The notes beneath the pieces were generated by a model. The model worked only from the letters and a program-made list of their open reading frames with translations. It searched no databases and was not told the DNA's origin. From Cyanobacteria bacterium auto_48_18 (GTDB lineage Bacteria; Cyanobacteriota; Vampirovibrionia; Obscuribacterales; Obscuribacteraceae): DNA of 64,000 nt. Location: the NCBI GenBank assembly GCA_036170915.1, contig JAVHQC010000036.1:64001-128000 (forward strand). The letters run 5' to 3'. The position numbers and the translations under genes were made by a program. Below, piece by piece: positions 1 through 8,865 of this stretch; within the stretch, counting starts at the first letter, position 1, and every line of letters starts with the position of its first letter.

Positions 1-276
1 AACTAACAGTCTTGTCTTGGTTGTCATGATCGTTGATATCCCGAGAGTGCCATGGAGAGGCTTAACGGCGCATTATCTCACTTAAGGTAAGCACCCATTA
101 TTGCTCATCAGTAGACTTACTAAGATGTCAAAACTTTTAGGAGTGCGCCGGTTGTCATTAGTATTTCCGGTCAAACCCTTGCCCGTGCCGATTTAGCAAT
201 TACTAGAGGTACTAATACTATAATAAGCAAGTTGATGGTAAAGATGTTTCAGTGTTGAAACGTGTGAGGTTAAACG

Positions 277-717
277 ATGGCTCGGCCTTATTCCAATTTA
301 AAGGTCATAGTTGGCAAAAGATCATTCGCCTCCATAAGCGCATGGTTACTGGGCTTCGTTGTACCGGTTATGGCACAGAACACTATAGTGGCGGGCGAAG
401 CCAAAGCACCGGTTACACATCAAGGTAATGCTTTTTTAGAAGCTCTTTTTCCTATTCTCAACAACATCGCACTTGTGGCACTTGTTGGAGTTGTAGTGTT
501 CGGTCTGATCTGGCTTTTGCAGCGAAAAAAATCAGATGCAGGTGCTGCTGCTGAGGGCGAGGCAACAGCCGATGCCAAGCCTGCCGAGGCGGAGGCCACT
601 GCTGCACCAGCAGCTCAATCTGCAGAAACGGTTTCAGAAGACAGTCACACAACCGAGTCTAAGTCAGACGAAAGCAGCGAAAAAGTTGACGAAAGCCAGG
701 CAGAAAAGTCAGTTTAG
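277..717 (+). CDS. Small membrane protein with one TM helix and an acidic low-complexity tail
   Basis: Hydrophobic IALVALVGVVVFGLIWLL followed by QRKK and an A/E/S-rich tail; start uncertain. Confidence 0.6.
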   Translation: MARPYSNLKVIVGKRSFASISAWLLGFVVPVMAQNTIVAGEAKAPVTHQGNAFLEALFPILNNIALVALVGVVVFGLIWLLQRKKSDAGAAAEGEATADAKPAEAEATAAPAAQSAETVSEDSHTTESKSDESSEKVDESQAEKSV

Positions 718-775
718 TTAACTGGTGAGCTCTGCGCACCGAATGTGGTGCCCCTGATTTTACAATTCAAAGAAG

Positions 776-2386
776 TTAGCTTTCTGATGAATTGACAAGT
801 TTTGCTTGAGCCAGGGCGCCGGCCGAATTAGGATCAGTAAAGCGCATTGATATTGCCACCATCTCACCGTTATCGGTAGGTATAGTGGTGATGCGCAATT
901 CCACTTCATCTTCTTCTACTCTGGTGGTGAACTTTTTGTCTTGAGGTTTGTCTATCGACTGCGGATCAAGGCCGGCTATAACTTTATATGAGCCCACCAG
1001 AGCGGTATGAATTTCCAACGGCAACATGCAATCTGCAAGAAGTTCACCGTGCAGAAAATAGCGCAGAGCAACTCCTGTGCCATCCGGTTCAAGATGAATA
1101 TCTGAGCAACGCTTCTGTGTTGCTTTACCAATAATTTCATGAGCTAGCAGCATCACTGAGGCGTTCTGAGCCTCTTTCATACGATGAATATCTGTTTCTT
1201 CTTCACTGCCCCCAAGTTCAGATTCCACTACTTCTTCAAGAAGTTTGCGATTGGCGCTGGCATTAAGCGCGCTCTGACTCGACTCGAGCAGGTGACTGGT
1301 GACATTGGCGAGGGCTGCTTCCATGATGATCTCCGCCTGGGCCAGTTTGCTGTCGCTAGCTGACGGCACCACTCTAAGGTCTTCCGGTTCAACCTTAGAA
1401 ACAGGATCAGGCAATGCAACTGGCTCTGTTGCTTGAATCGGCTCAGGCTGTGCAATTGTTTCAATATTTTCAGGCGCCTTGGTCACCACAGCAGGCTCAG
1501 AAACAGCCTCAATTACAGAAGATTCAACTACCGAAGCCTCAACTACCGAAGCCTCAACTACCGAAGCCTCAACTTTGACCACCGAATCAAAGTCATCGTC
1601 ATCATCGTCGTCACCAAACAGAGACTGTAAGTGTTTTTTCGCAGGCACTTTTGCCACAGGCTTTACTGGCTCTGCGACAGTCGCTTCTGGGGCGGGAGTA
1701 CCGTTACCATTCGGAACAGGAGTCAATAAACTTGGAGCACTTGATGCACTTGATCCAACTGACGTCTCCACTTCCGACGACACTTTCGGCTCGAGCTTGT
1801 TCTCTTGTAGCTCTTTTAACTGATTAATTTCACCTACTTCACCTACTTCACCTACTTCACCGACTTCGCCTATCTCAGCAGCCTCGCCACCATAAAGCAC
1901 TTGCATAGCGTGCTCAAATTCGTCGGCGGTACAAACAAGCTTTTTCAGATGTCCGCTACGTAGCTGAACCCGCAGAGTGTCGAGGGCAATTAGATCGTCA
2001 GGGTTAACCATGGCCACTGTAAATTGTGTGCCGCTGTTGGCCACTGGAATGAGCTTAAATTTGCGTTTAGTTTCCTCAGAGACCAGATCGGCAATTTCGC
2101 GGCTGGGCACATTTTTTGAAAGAGCTATGAAATTTACACCAAATTGCAGCTCAAGCGAGTCTTTGAGCTGATGGTAAGACACCAGACCCATGCGGTCGAG
2201 AATGAGGGTCAATCTCTCTCCCGACCTGATCTGCTCATCGATTGCACCAGCCAGCTCTTCAGGCGTAATGATGCCAATATCGACCAACAGGTCGCCAATC
2301 TCGTTACCACTAACTGACAGCGGCTCTCCTGAAGAAATACTAGTGGGGCTCATTGGGTGTCTGTTTGAAAAAGTAGAGGAAGCCAT
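776..2386 (-). CDS. PilB/GspE N-terminal-domain protein (MshEN-like, N1D, acidic linker, N2D) lacking the ATPase domain
   Basis: IGDLLVDIGIITPEELAGAIDEQ...RLTLIL MshEN-like motif; VAMVNPDD; SDIHLEP; RITTIPTDNGEMVAISMRF then ends; no Walker A. Confidence 0.8.
   Translation of the reverse strand: MASSTFSNRHPMSPTSISSGEPLSVSGNEIGDLLVDIGIITPEELAGAIDEQIRSGERLTLILDRMGLVSYHQLKDSLELQFGVNFIALSKNVPSREIADLVSEETKRKFKLIPVANSGTQFTVAMVNPDDLIALDTLRVQLRSGHLKKLVCTADEFEHAMQVLYGGEAAEIGEVGEVGEVGEVGEINQLKELQENKLEPKVSSEVETSVGSSASSAPSLLTPVPNGNGTPAPEATVAEPVKPVAKVPAKKHLQSLFGDDDDDDDFDSVVKVEASVVEASVVEASVVESSVIEAVSEPAVVTKAPENIETIAQPEPIQATEPVALPDPVSKVEPEDLRVVPSASDSKLAQAEIIMEAALANVTSHLLESSQSALNASANRKLLEEVVESELGGSEEETDIHRMKEAQNASVMLLAHEIIGKATQKRCSDIHLEPDGTGVALRYFLHGELLADCMLPLEIHTALVGSYKVIAGLDPQSIDKPQDKKFTTRVEEDEVELRITTIPTDNGEMVAISMRFTDPNSAGALAQAKLVNSSES
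1524..1574. repeat. Intragenic 15-bp tandem repeat (TCAACTACCGAAGCC x3+), encoding VEASV repeats
   Basis: Read directly in the sequence. Confidence 0.9.
1829..1873. repeat. Intragenic 9-bp tandem repeat (TTCACCTAC, about 5 copies), encoding GEV repeats
   Basis: Read directly in the sequence. Confidence 0.9.
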
Positions 2387-2451
2387 ATACTCATGACGAA
2401 ACTAGAGTCATATTATTGATTTTCCCGATGAAAAAAGCGGCTAAACCTGCG

Positions 2452-3417
2452 TCAATGTAATGGATCGAAAATTTCCAGAGGCAAATCTCGACCATTAGAA
2501 ACATCCTTGAGCTTGGTTGGCCTGAAAAATTTTTGCATGCGACGAAAGGCTGGCGTGTCCGACTGATCAAAGTGTACCTCCACTCGTTTAAGATGCTCCA
2601 GGTTCTTCAAGCAGCGCAGGCCCTCTAAGGTAACTTTCGTACCCACAAGATTAATACCGGTGAGGCTTTTGGCGGGTAGCAGCCTAACCAGCCCCTGATC
2701 GGTTATGCCCGAATTAGTACAGAGCTTCACGGTCCTCAGCTTCGGCAATTTGGCAATAGTATCCAAATCAGTGTTTGTCAGTCGGCAGGCGTCCAGACGT
2801 AAAGCCTTAATCTCTTTGCACTCGGCCAGGTCGGCAAAGCCATCTTTACCGAGAGTGTTAAAGCCGAGCTGAAGATTATCCAGCTTCTTCAACTTACTCA
2901 AATACTTGAAGCACTTGCTGCTACACAATGTTCTTGACGCACCGAGAAAAGTAAGGTGAGGTAGCAGCTCTGAAATGACCTTAACGCCGCCATCTGAAAT
3001 ATCAGTGCGATCTATTTCGAGGTGGGTGAGTTGGCGGAAATTTTTCAAAAAACCGATGTTATTGTTCTTGAGCGGCAAACTTTGCAGACCAAGAAAATGC
3101 ACGGGTGCTGTCGCCAGGGCAGCGGTCCAGGTTCTATCACTTGAATCGTCTATCAACTGCAAGAAAAATTCTTTTCCCGCAGGAATCTCTACTCTGCCCT
3201 TTGCCACAGCAAACTTTTGCAGATGGCTGGTTGAAGGGTGGCCTTCTTCGTTGTAATCAAACAGCAACACTGAGCCGACCACATGGTTTTCGGGAAAGTT
3301 CAACACCACTGATTTAGCAGGGGCGGCAGCCGCTGAATTCATTGAAAAAAGCATGGCCCCGGCCACAAGCAAGGTCTGATAATGGCGGGTAAATATATCA
3401 ACTGCAGGCTTGCACAT
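2452..3417 (-). CDS. Exported leucine-rich repeat protein
   Basis: Repeated LxxLxL...TxIxDxG units (LTHLEIDRTDISDGG, LRTVKLCTNSGITDQGL); N-terminal signal peptide-like segment. Confidence 0.8.
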   Translation of the reverse strand: MCKPAVDIFTRHYQTLLVAGAMLFSMNSAAAAPAKSVVLNFPENHVVGSVLLFDYNEEGHPSTSHLQKFAVAKGRVEIPAGKEFFLQLIDDSSDRTWTAALATAPVHFLGLQSLPLKNNNIGFLKNFRQLTHLEIDRTDISDGGVKVISELLPHLTFLGASRTLCSSKCFKYLSKLKKLDNLQLGFNTLGKDGFADLAECKEIKALRLDACRLTNTDLDTIAKLPKLRTVKLCTNSGITDQGLVRLLPAKSLTGINLVGTKVTLEGLRCLKNLEHLKRVEVHFDQSDTPAFRRMQKFFRPTKLKDVSNGRDLPLEIFDPLH

Positions 3418-3422
3418 TCGGC

Positions 3423-3941
3423 TTAAATGCTTCCGGCAACAATTTCAATCAATGGTTTGTTTGAGGTCTGGTCGGTGACAATGTCGCCTACAGAATAGTG
3501 GCAACGCTCTCTGACGCCGACAAAATCTACATTGACGTCGCTCATGGTCGCAGCGATAGCTTTAAAAGCATCTTGGCCGGCTTTTTTGTCAAAACGCCTG
3601 ATCAACGCGGCGGCATAAAGTCTGCCTGCCGGGCTGCCATTGAGACAAATCCATTCAAGGTCAGCTTTGCTTTTAACTCCGCTTTTGCATGCATAGCTAA
3701 TAGCGCCGCTCATCTTACCGTTTTTGAGGCCAGCTTCTTCCAGCTGTTTGGCTGTAGCAATGACGGTAAGCTCAGGGCTCATTGCTCGCTCTGGCGGCTT
3801 GGGTGCGTCTTTTTGAATTACCATTTCGACGCTGGGCTCAGGAAAGGCAGGCATCTGCGCCTCAGCCCGGGTTGATTGAACAAAACAGAGCGATAAAACA
3901 AAAAGACTTTGAGGCAAAAAGGTAGCTCGAGTCATTTTCAT
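3423..3941 (-). CDS. Hypothetical exported protein
   Basis: Signal peptide ending AEA; collinear with neighbouring genes. Confidence 0.65.
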   Translation of the reverse strand: MKMTRATFLPQSLFVLSLCFVQSTRAEAQMPAFPEPSVEMVIQKDAPKPPERAMSPELTVIATAKQLEEAGLKNGKMSGAISYACKSGVKSKADLEWICLNGSPAGRLYAAALIRRFDKKAGQDAFKAIAATMSDVNVDFVGVRERCHYSVGDIVTDQTSNKPLIEIVAGSI

Positions 3942-3977
3942 ACTTATCGCTCTGTTATTCGGTTCAGATATTTTTAT

Positions 3978-4568
3978 TTATTTGACGCCGATCAGATCTA
4001 CTTCAAACACCAGTGTGGCATTTGGTGGAATATCAGCGCCGGCCCCTCTGGCTCCATAACCAAGAGCTGGTGGAATTGTCAGTTTGCGCTTACCGCCGGG
4101 CTTCATGGTGGCAACACCTTCGTCCCAACCTTTGATCACTGATCCGGTACCGATTTGAAATTCAAATGGACGGCCGCCATGATCGTAAGAGCTGTCGAAT
4201 TTCTTACCGTTAGTAAGCCATCCGGTGTAATGAACAATAACGGTTTGACCGTTCTTAGGTGATTCACCTGCGCCGACTTTGAGATCTTCGATTACCAGAC
4301 CTGTTGGTGTGGTGGTGCTTGAAGTTTGTGTCATGGAATTTGCTCCGCTGGTAGTGACGGTATCTGACGTAGTGCCACCGCTGGCAGTGGCATTGCTGGG
4401 CAGTGGGCTGGCCAGGTCTGTTGCTGATGTGGTGGTCGTGGTTGTGGTCGTTGTTTCCGCAGAATTTGAAGCATTCGAACAGGCAGTTGTTGACAGGCCG
4501 GTTAAGGTAGCCAAAGTGAGAGCTAAAAGTGTTGATGCTGGCGCTAATTTACGCATACGGGTCCTCAA
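3978..4568 (-). CDS. FKBP-type peptidyl-prolyl isomerase, probable lipoprotein
   Basis: VHYTGWL...KFDSS...VIKGWDEG...IPPALGYG...[13 protein letters not shown]; lipobox-like TTAC and Thr-rich linker. Confidence 0.95.
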   Translation of the reverse strand: MRTRMRKLAPASTLLALTLATLTGLSTTACSNASNSAETTTTTTTTTSATDLASPLPSNATASGGTTSDTVTTSGANSMTQTSSTTTPTGLVIEDLKVGAGESPKNGQTVIVHYTGWLTNGKKFDSSYDHGGRPFEFQIGTGSVIKGWDEGVATMKPGGKRKLTIPPALGYGARGAGADIPPNATLVFEVDLIGVK

Positions 4569-4630
4569 TAGTACTGATTGAATTCAATCTGATAGGCCAA
4601 AGTTATAGCAGAACCGGCTGAGAAAACCAT

Positions 4631-4669
4631 TAGACGAGCAAGTAGACGAGCAAATAGACGAACAAGTAG
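4631..4669. repeat. Intergenic 12-bp tandem repeat (TAGACGAGCAAG consensus, x3)
   Basis: TAGACGAGCAAG TAGACGAGCAAA TAGACGAACAAG TAG between divergent genes. Confidence 0.85.
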
Positions 4670-4775
4670 TCAGTGTTCGTAATCACCCCATTTACGCCAC
4701 CGGCCGGGCCGTAGATGATCATGACAAGCAAATTAAAAATCACTTTCACCCCAGAAATCTTCTAAATCATCACCT

Positions 4776-6428
4776 ATGCCTAAAGCCAGTCACAGTTTAG
4801 ATTCAAGTACAGGCGCCGAAAAGAATTTCGATGCTCAACTCAACAGTAAACTGGCAGACGAATCAATCAGCACTCGCTTACTTGCCTCTTTAGGTACCGG
4901 CGATGCTTCCAAACCGGCTCGCACCATGACAAAAGCCGCTGTTGTCGTCGAAGGCACTTTGACCGGTCTCGTTACCCATGGCGTGTCAGAAGCAGCTAAC
5001 AACCCCGGCCGATTCGGCGCTGAAATTTTAGGCGCCACCGCTCTCACGGTTGCCATGAAAGGCCCATCTTGGGTCAAACTCCCGGCTCTGGGAGTTGTGG
5101 CTGTTGGTACATACGCATTCGGTGCGCACGCGCTTGAGTCGGGCCTTAAGGCGGCGTCGATTACACAAAACATGACCGAAGGCAATCTGGCCGAAAGTCG
5201 TGCTGCAATCAGTGAAACCTTAGGACCTCTGGCCTTTGACTCGCTACTTATGGTCGGCTCAGGCTACGCTGGCACCAAGCTGGCCGGTGTTTTACCAAAA
5301 AGACTGCCCACCGTATCTTTTGAAATGTCTCCGCAACTGGCTTTTGAAGGCGGCGCCATGGCAACCTCTGGGCCTCGTTTGCGCTTTGACTATGCACCTG
5401 AAAGTGTGGGCGCAAAAGACAATATCATGGCCATGAGCAACTCCCATGACGGAACTGGTGGTGGCAGCTCGAGCAAGCACATACAAAAAGATGGCTACAA
5501 GATAGTTTCATCTCGCGGTTCGCGTGGTGAAGACGTGCAGCTGGTCGATCAGATGCCGGCAATGAAACCTGTAGAGCTTCTTCATGGTGACCATTCGATT
5601 TCAAATATTCGCGCGAACGGCAAAGTTACCATCGGATTTCCTACCGGCGAAGCGCGTATGTTCGACCTCGGAAAACCAATTAAACGGGTTACCGTAAGTG
5701 AATACGCTGGCGGTCAAAAACAGTATCGTCTCAATGAAACAGCTTTGCCCAATATGGAAGTGAACAATCTCAATCACGAAGTCAAAGCAGTTTTAGCCAA
5801 CGGCGATAAATTGCACATGGTCGACAATGTGCCAGATGGCCACATGAATTTCAATCACCAGGACGGCCTCAAATCATGGGTGGAATATTCAGGGCGGCTG
5901 GTTTTCCAATTGCCCAATGGTGTTTTGACAGAAGCGGTTATCCCCAGCAAGATTGCCAATATAAAGCTCACAGAGCGACTTGACGGCAGTAAGCTTTTTG
6001 AATTTCTAAGCCCTGAAGGTACTGTTCTACCTCAAAAAGTAGAATTGCCATCAACTGCAGCCAAAGCCAAATCTTTTGATGAAATCTCTCAGTGGCGTGA
6101 TTTGAAAAATTACCTCGCCGGTCGCCCCAACACCAGTGGTACCAGCCATGGTTTTGAATTGCATCGTGTGGAGCCTGATGCTGGTGGTGCAATTCATCAG
6201 CAGCAGTCGCATAAAGAGAGCTTCCCGTTTTGGAATCCAAAGCTCAGATCGCAATCAACTGAAAGAGCTATGGCTCAGCACGTTGCTGGTGTTGATCCGC
6301 GCACCATGCGTGGCAATGATCTGGAAACACCAGCCGACATGATGTTGGCCCAGCAAGGCCACAGCTGGATTACAAAGAGATATCTTGATGGCCTTGATCG
6401 TCAAGACAGTCCTTATGGCAATCACTAA
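4776..6428 (+). CDS. Hypothetical protein with a Gly/Ala-rich hydrophobic N-terminal region and a beta-rich C-terminal region
   Basis: 550-aa ORF; no family recognised. Confidence 0.7.
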   Translation: MPKASHSLDSSTGAEKNFDAQLNSKLADESISTRLLASLGTGDASKPARTMTKAAVVVEGTLTGLVTHGVSEAANNPGRFGAEILGATALTVAMKGPSWVKLPALGVVAVGTYAFGAHALESGLKAASITQNMTEGNLAESRAAISETLGPLAFDSLLMVGSGYAGTKLAGVLPKRLPTVSFEMSPQLAFEGGAMATSGPRLRFDYAPESVGAKDNIMAMSNSHDGTGGGSSSKHIQKDGYKIVSSRGSRGEDVQLVDQMPAMKPVELLHGDHSISNIRANGKVTIGFPTGEARMFDLGKPIKRVTVSEYAGGQKQYRLNETALPNMEVNNLNHEVKAVLANGDKLHMVDNVPDGHMNFNHQDGLKSWVEYSGRLVFQLPNGVLTEAVIPSKIANIKLTERLDGSKLFEFLSPEGTVLPQKVELPSTAAKAKSFDEISQWRDLKNYLAGRPNTSGTSHGFELHRVEPDAGGAIHQQQSHKESFPFWNPKLRSQSTERAMAQHVAGVDPRTMRGNDLETPADMMLAQQGHSWITKRYLDGLDRQDSPYGNH

Positions 6429-6430
6429 AA

Positions 6431-7051
6431 TCAGCCGATGGCGTCTTTAAGAGCACTATGCGCAGCCAGATATTTAGTGGTAATCGAAAGCACCTTAGCC
6501 TCTTGAGTTAGCCTGCCATGCGTGTCTTGCAGCTCCAGTAAAGCTTGCTGGTCTTCAGGTACACCATACATGGTGCCGGCCACCCAGTAAGACAAACTGA
6601 GTGGGTCTGATGGTAAATCTTCCGGCAGCTCAACCTCTTTATCAGTTAGCTTGCCGCTGAGTTTTAGAATATTTTTGATACATTCTAAAACTTCCTCAGT
6701 CACCTGGTCGAGATCTTCGCTACAGGGGCCGTCTTCAAGCCATTCGATTTCGCCTTGCAGGTATGGCAGATCTTCAATAGTGCGCAGCACTTTGAAGCGC
6801 CTTCTACCCTGAGTGAGAATATTCATGCGGCCATCGGGCAACTTTTCGCATTCTAAAATTTCGGCAGAAGAACCAACTGAGGCCGCTTGTGAGCTGCGTG
6901 GATCGTAGAGAAGCACACCAAAAATTTTGTCACCAGTCATAATTTTCGCAACCATTTGCCGGTAGCGAGGTTCGAAAATATGCAGTGGCAGCGGCGAGCC
7001 TGGAAAAAGCACCACATCAGGCAGTGGAAATAAAGGAATAATTTGTGTCAA
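6431..7051 (-). CDS. Lon peptidase N-terminal (substrate-binding) domain protein
   Basis: IPLFPLPDVVLFPGSPLPLHIFEPRYRQM; LPDGRMNILTQGRRRF. Confidence 0.92.
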   Translation of the reverse strand: MTQIIPLFPLPDVVLFPGSPLPLHIFEPRYRQMVAKIMTGDKIFGVLLYDPRSSQAASVGSSAEILECEKLPDGRMNILTQGRRRFKVLRTIEDLPYLQGEIEWLEDGPCSEDLDQVTEEVLECIKNILKLSGKLTDKEVELPEDLPSDPLSLSYWVAGTMYGVPEDQQALLELQDTHGRLTQEAKVLSITTKYLAAHSALKDAIG

Positions 7052-7066
7052 CCACTGTCTCCAGAG

Positions 7067-8086
7067 CTATGATCGGCCCGCATTGCCAATTGAGGGCGGC
7101 CTGACAGGCGTATAAGCGCAGCAACCAGGTGCGCACTTATCACTGTTATCAGCCACGTTAGTTGATCTTAGTCGTTCTTCGACCATATCTCCCATCATTT
7201 TTACAAAATTAGCATTGGTGCCGGCCGTGCTGGTGCGCACAAATTGCATGCCAAGCTCACCCGCAAGGTCTTTCGCCTCGGTGTCCAGGTCGTAAAGAAT
7301 CTCCATATGATCAGAAATGAAGCCGATGGGATGAACCAGAACATTTTTAGTGCCCTGCTCAACGAGAGTGCGCATATGGTCCAAGATATCTGGCTCTAGC
7401 CATGGCTGGGCGGCAGGCCCGCTGCGGCTCTGGTAGACGAGTTTATAGTCAGTGATGCCGAGCTCTGAGGCAACTTTGTCACAATTTTCTTGCAGCTGTT
7501 TTACATAATCGCAGTTGTCAGCCATAGCCATAGGTATGCTGTGAGCGGTAAAGGCTACATGCACCTGAGAACGATTCTGCACTGGAAACGTCTCCAGGCC
7601 TGCTTTGACGTGCTCAATATTTGCTAGAACAAAAAGCGGATGTTTGTAATAGACAGGAATTTTGTCAATCTGCAAATCTTCAGCCTCGGCTTCAACCTTG
7701 GCTTTCTCAATATCTTCCAGATACTGTCTGCAACCAGAATATGAACTGTAGGCAGACGTGACGAAGGTGAGCACCCGTTTGATGCCCACCTCCTTCATCT
7801 GTCTGAGCGTATCAGTCAAAAGCGGATGCCAGTTGCGATTGCCCCAGTAAATCGGCAATGAAATGGAACGCAATTTCAATTCACTTTCAAGCGCGGCAAT
7901 CAACTGGCGATTCTGCTCGTTAATTGGGCTGACGCCTCCGAAGCGCTCGTAGTGATGAGCAACTTCTTTCATGCGCGCTTCAGGCACGTTTTTGCCCCGC
8001 AATACATTGGCTAGAAACGGCATTACGTCTGCCATTCCTTCAGGGCCGCCAAATGAAAGAAATAGCACGGCATCGTAATTTTTCAT
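7067..8086 (-). CDS. hemH: Ferrochelatase with a C-terminal Cys cluster
   Basis: SFGGPE, GGVSPIN, YWGNRNWHP, FTAHSIP, YQSRSGP...WLEPD, PIGFISDHMEILYDLD; C-terminal CAPGCC. Confidence 0.95.
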   Translation of the reverse strand: MKNYDAVLFLSFGGPEGMADVMPFLANVLRGKNVPEARMKEVAHHYERFGGVSPINEQNRQLIAALESELKLRSISLPIYWGNRNWHPLLTDTLRQMKEVGIKRVLTFVTSAYSSYSGCRQYLEDIEKAKVEAEAEDLQIDKIPVYYKHPLFVLANIEHVKAGLETFPVQNRSQVHVAFTAHSIPMAMADNCDYVKQLQENCDKVASELGITDYKLVYQSRSGPAAQPWLEPDILDHMRTLVEQGTKNVLVHPIGFISDHMEILYDLDTEAKDLAGELGMQFVRTSTAGTNANFVKMMGDMVEERLRSTNVADNSDKCAPGCCAYTPVRPPSIGNAGRS

Positions 8087-8325
8087 TTTAGATTACTGGT
8101 CAATTTATCGAGCACTTCACCCTCTTGTGGAAAACGGCCGGTTTGCTTTTTAGAGAAAATCAAATTGCCGTCAACCTCTACTTCGAAAACGCCACCAGAA
8201 GACTGATGTATTGTTGTTGGATAGTTAAGTAGTTTGTTGATATCGGCTGCCAAACTGACAGCCCTAGATTTGTATCCTCAAGAACCACAAAAAGTTATGG
8301 ATACGTTTGGTTTATGCTCGCTCAT
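8083..8325 (-). CDS. Rdx-family (SelW/SelT/SelH) selenoprotein, 80 aa, CxxU motif, Sec at UGA 8278-8280; absent from the ORF track
   Basis: My translation: MSEHKPNVSITFCGS-U-GYKSRAVSLAADINKLLNYPTTIHQSSGGVFEVEVDGNLIFSKKQTGRFPQEGEVLDKLTSNLK; AAGGAG RBS at 8331-8336; SGGxFEV.VDG.LIFSK...GRFP is the Rdx signature. Confidence 0.93.
8245..8263 (-). promoter_or_regulatory. Candidate bacterial SECIS hairpin of the Rdx selenoprotein
   Basis: Minus strand GGCUGUC-AGUUU-GGCAGCC: 7-bp stem starting 14 nt after the UGA with G near the 5' side of the loop; GAUA/UAUC may form a lower stem. Confidence 0.75.
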
Positions 8326-8342
8326 ATTGTCTCCTTTTGTTA

Positions 8343-8786
8343 TCACTCTAAAAAATCATTGTTGCGGATGTAGAGCTGTAGCTCTTCAAGATGAGTAACT
8401 TCATCTAAAATAATGGCTTCGTACATCAATTTAAGCACGATATCTTTTTGAAACTCGCGCAACTGCTCTTCATACATTTGAATGTGGCTTTCTTCCATGG
8501 CGATGTCTTCTTGCAGCATTTCAAGAAGAGTTTGCTCACCAGGTTCGCCTACTTCTTCCATTCTTACTGATGGGTGACCACCAAGCGCCACTATTTTTTC
8601 ACCCAGATGAGTGGCGTGCACCATTGAGCCCTGCACCAGACTGCGGAACAGCTTGACGAGCGGCCCGCGCCCGGGACCAAGCACGATGAATGAATGATGC
8701 AGATATCTGACTAGGCCAGCCAGCTCGCGCTCTAACGCCAGATTGAGGGCGGCAATTACTCTTTTCTTGTCAACTGTTGTTTCCAC
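8343..8786 (-). CDS. Bacterioferritin-like / ferritin-like four-helix protein
   Basis: LNLALERELAGLVRYLHHS...HATHLGEKIVALGGHP...MEE...DEVTH. Confidence 0.85.
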   Translation of the reverse strand: METTVDKKRVIAALNLALERELAGLVRYLHHSFIVLGPGRGPLVKLFRSLVQGSMVHATHLGEKIVALGGHPSVRMEEVGEPGEQTLLEMLQEDIAMEESHIQMYEEQLREFQKDIVLKLMYEAIILDEVTHLEELQLYIRNNDFLE

Positions 8787-8865
8787 AGCTTAATCCCCGC
8801 CTTGTGCGATAAATGGTAGATATAAATCCAATGATTAGTCCCATAATTTTAACTCACAGAATCAA

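Noticed and set aside
4631..4669. Possible mini-CRISPR
   Set aside because: Units are adjacent 12-mers with no spacers, and no cas genes are present
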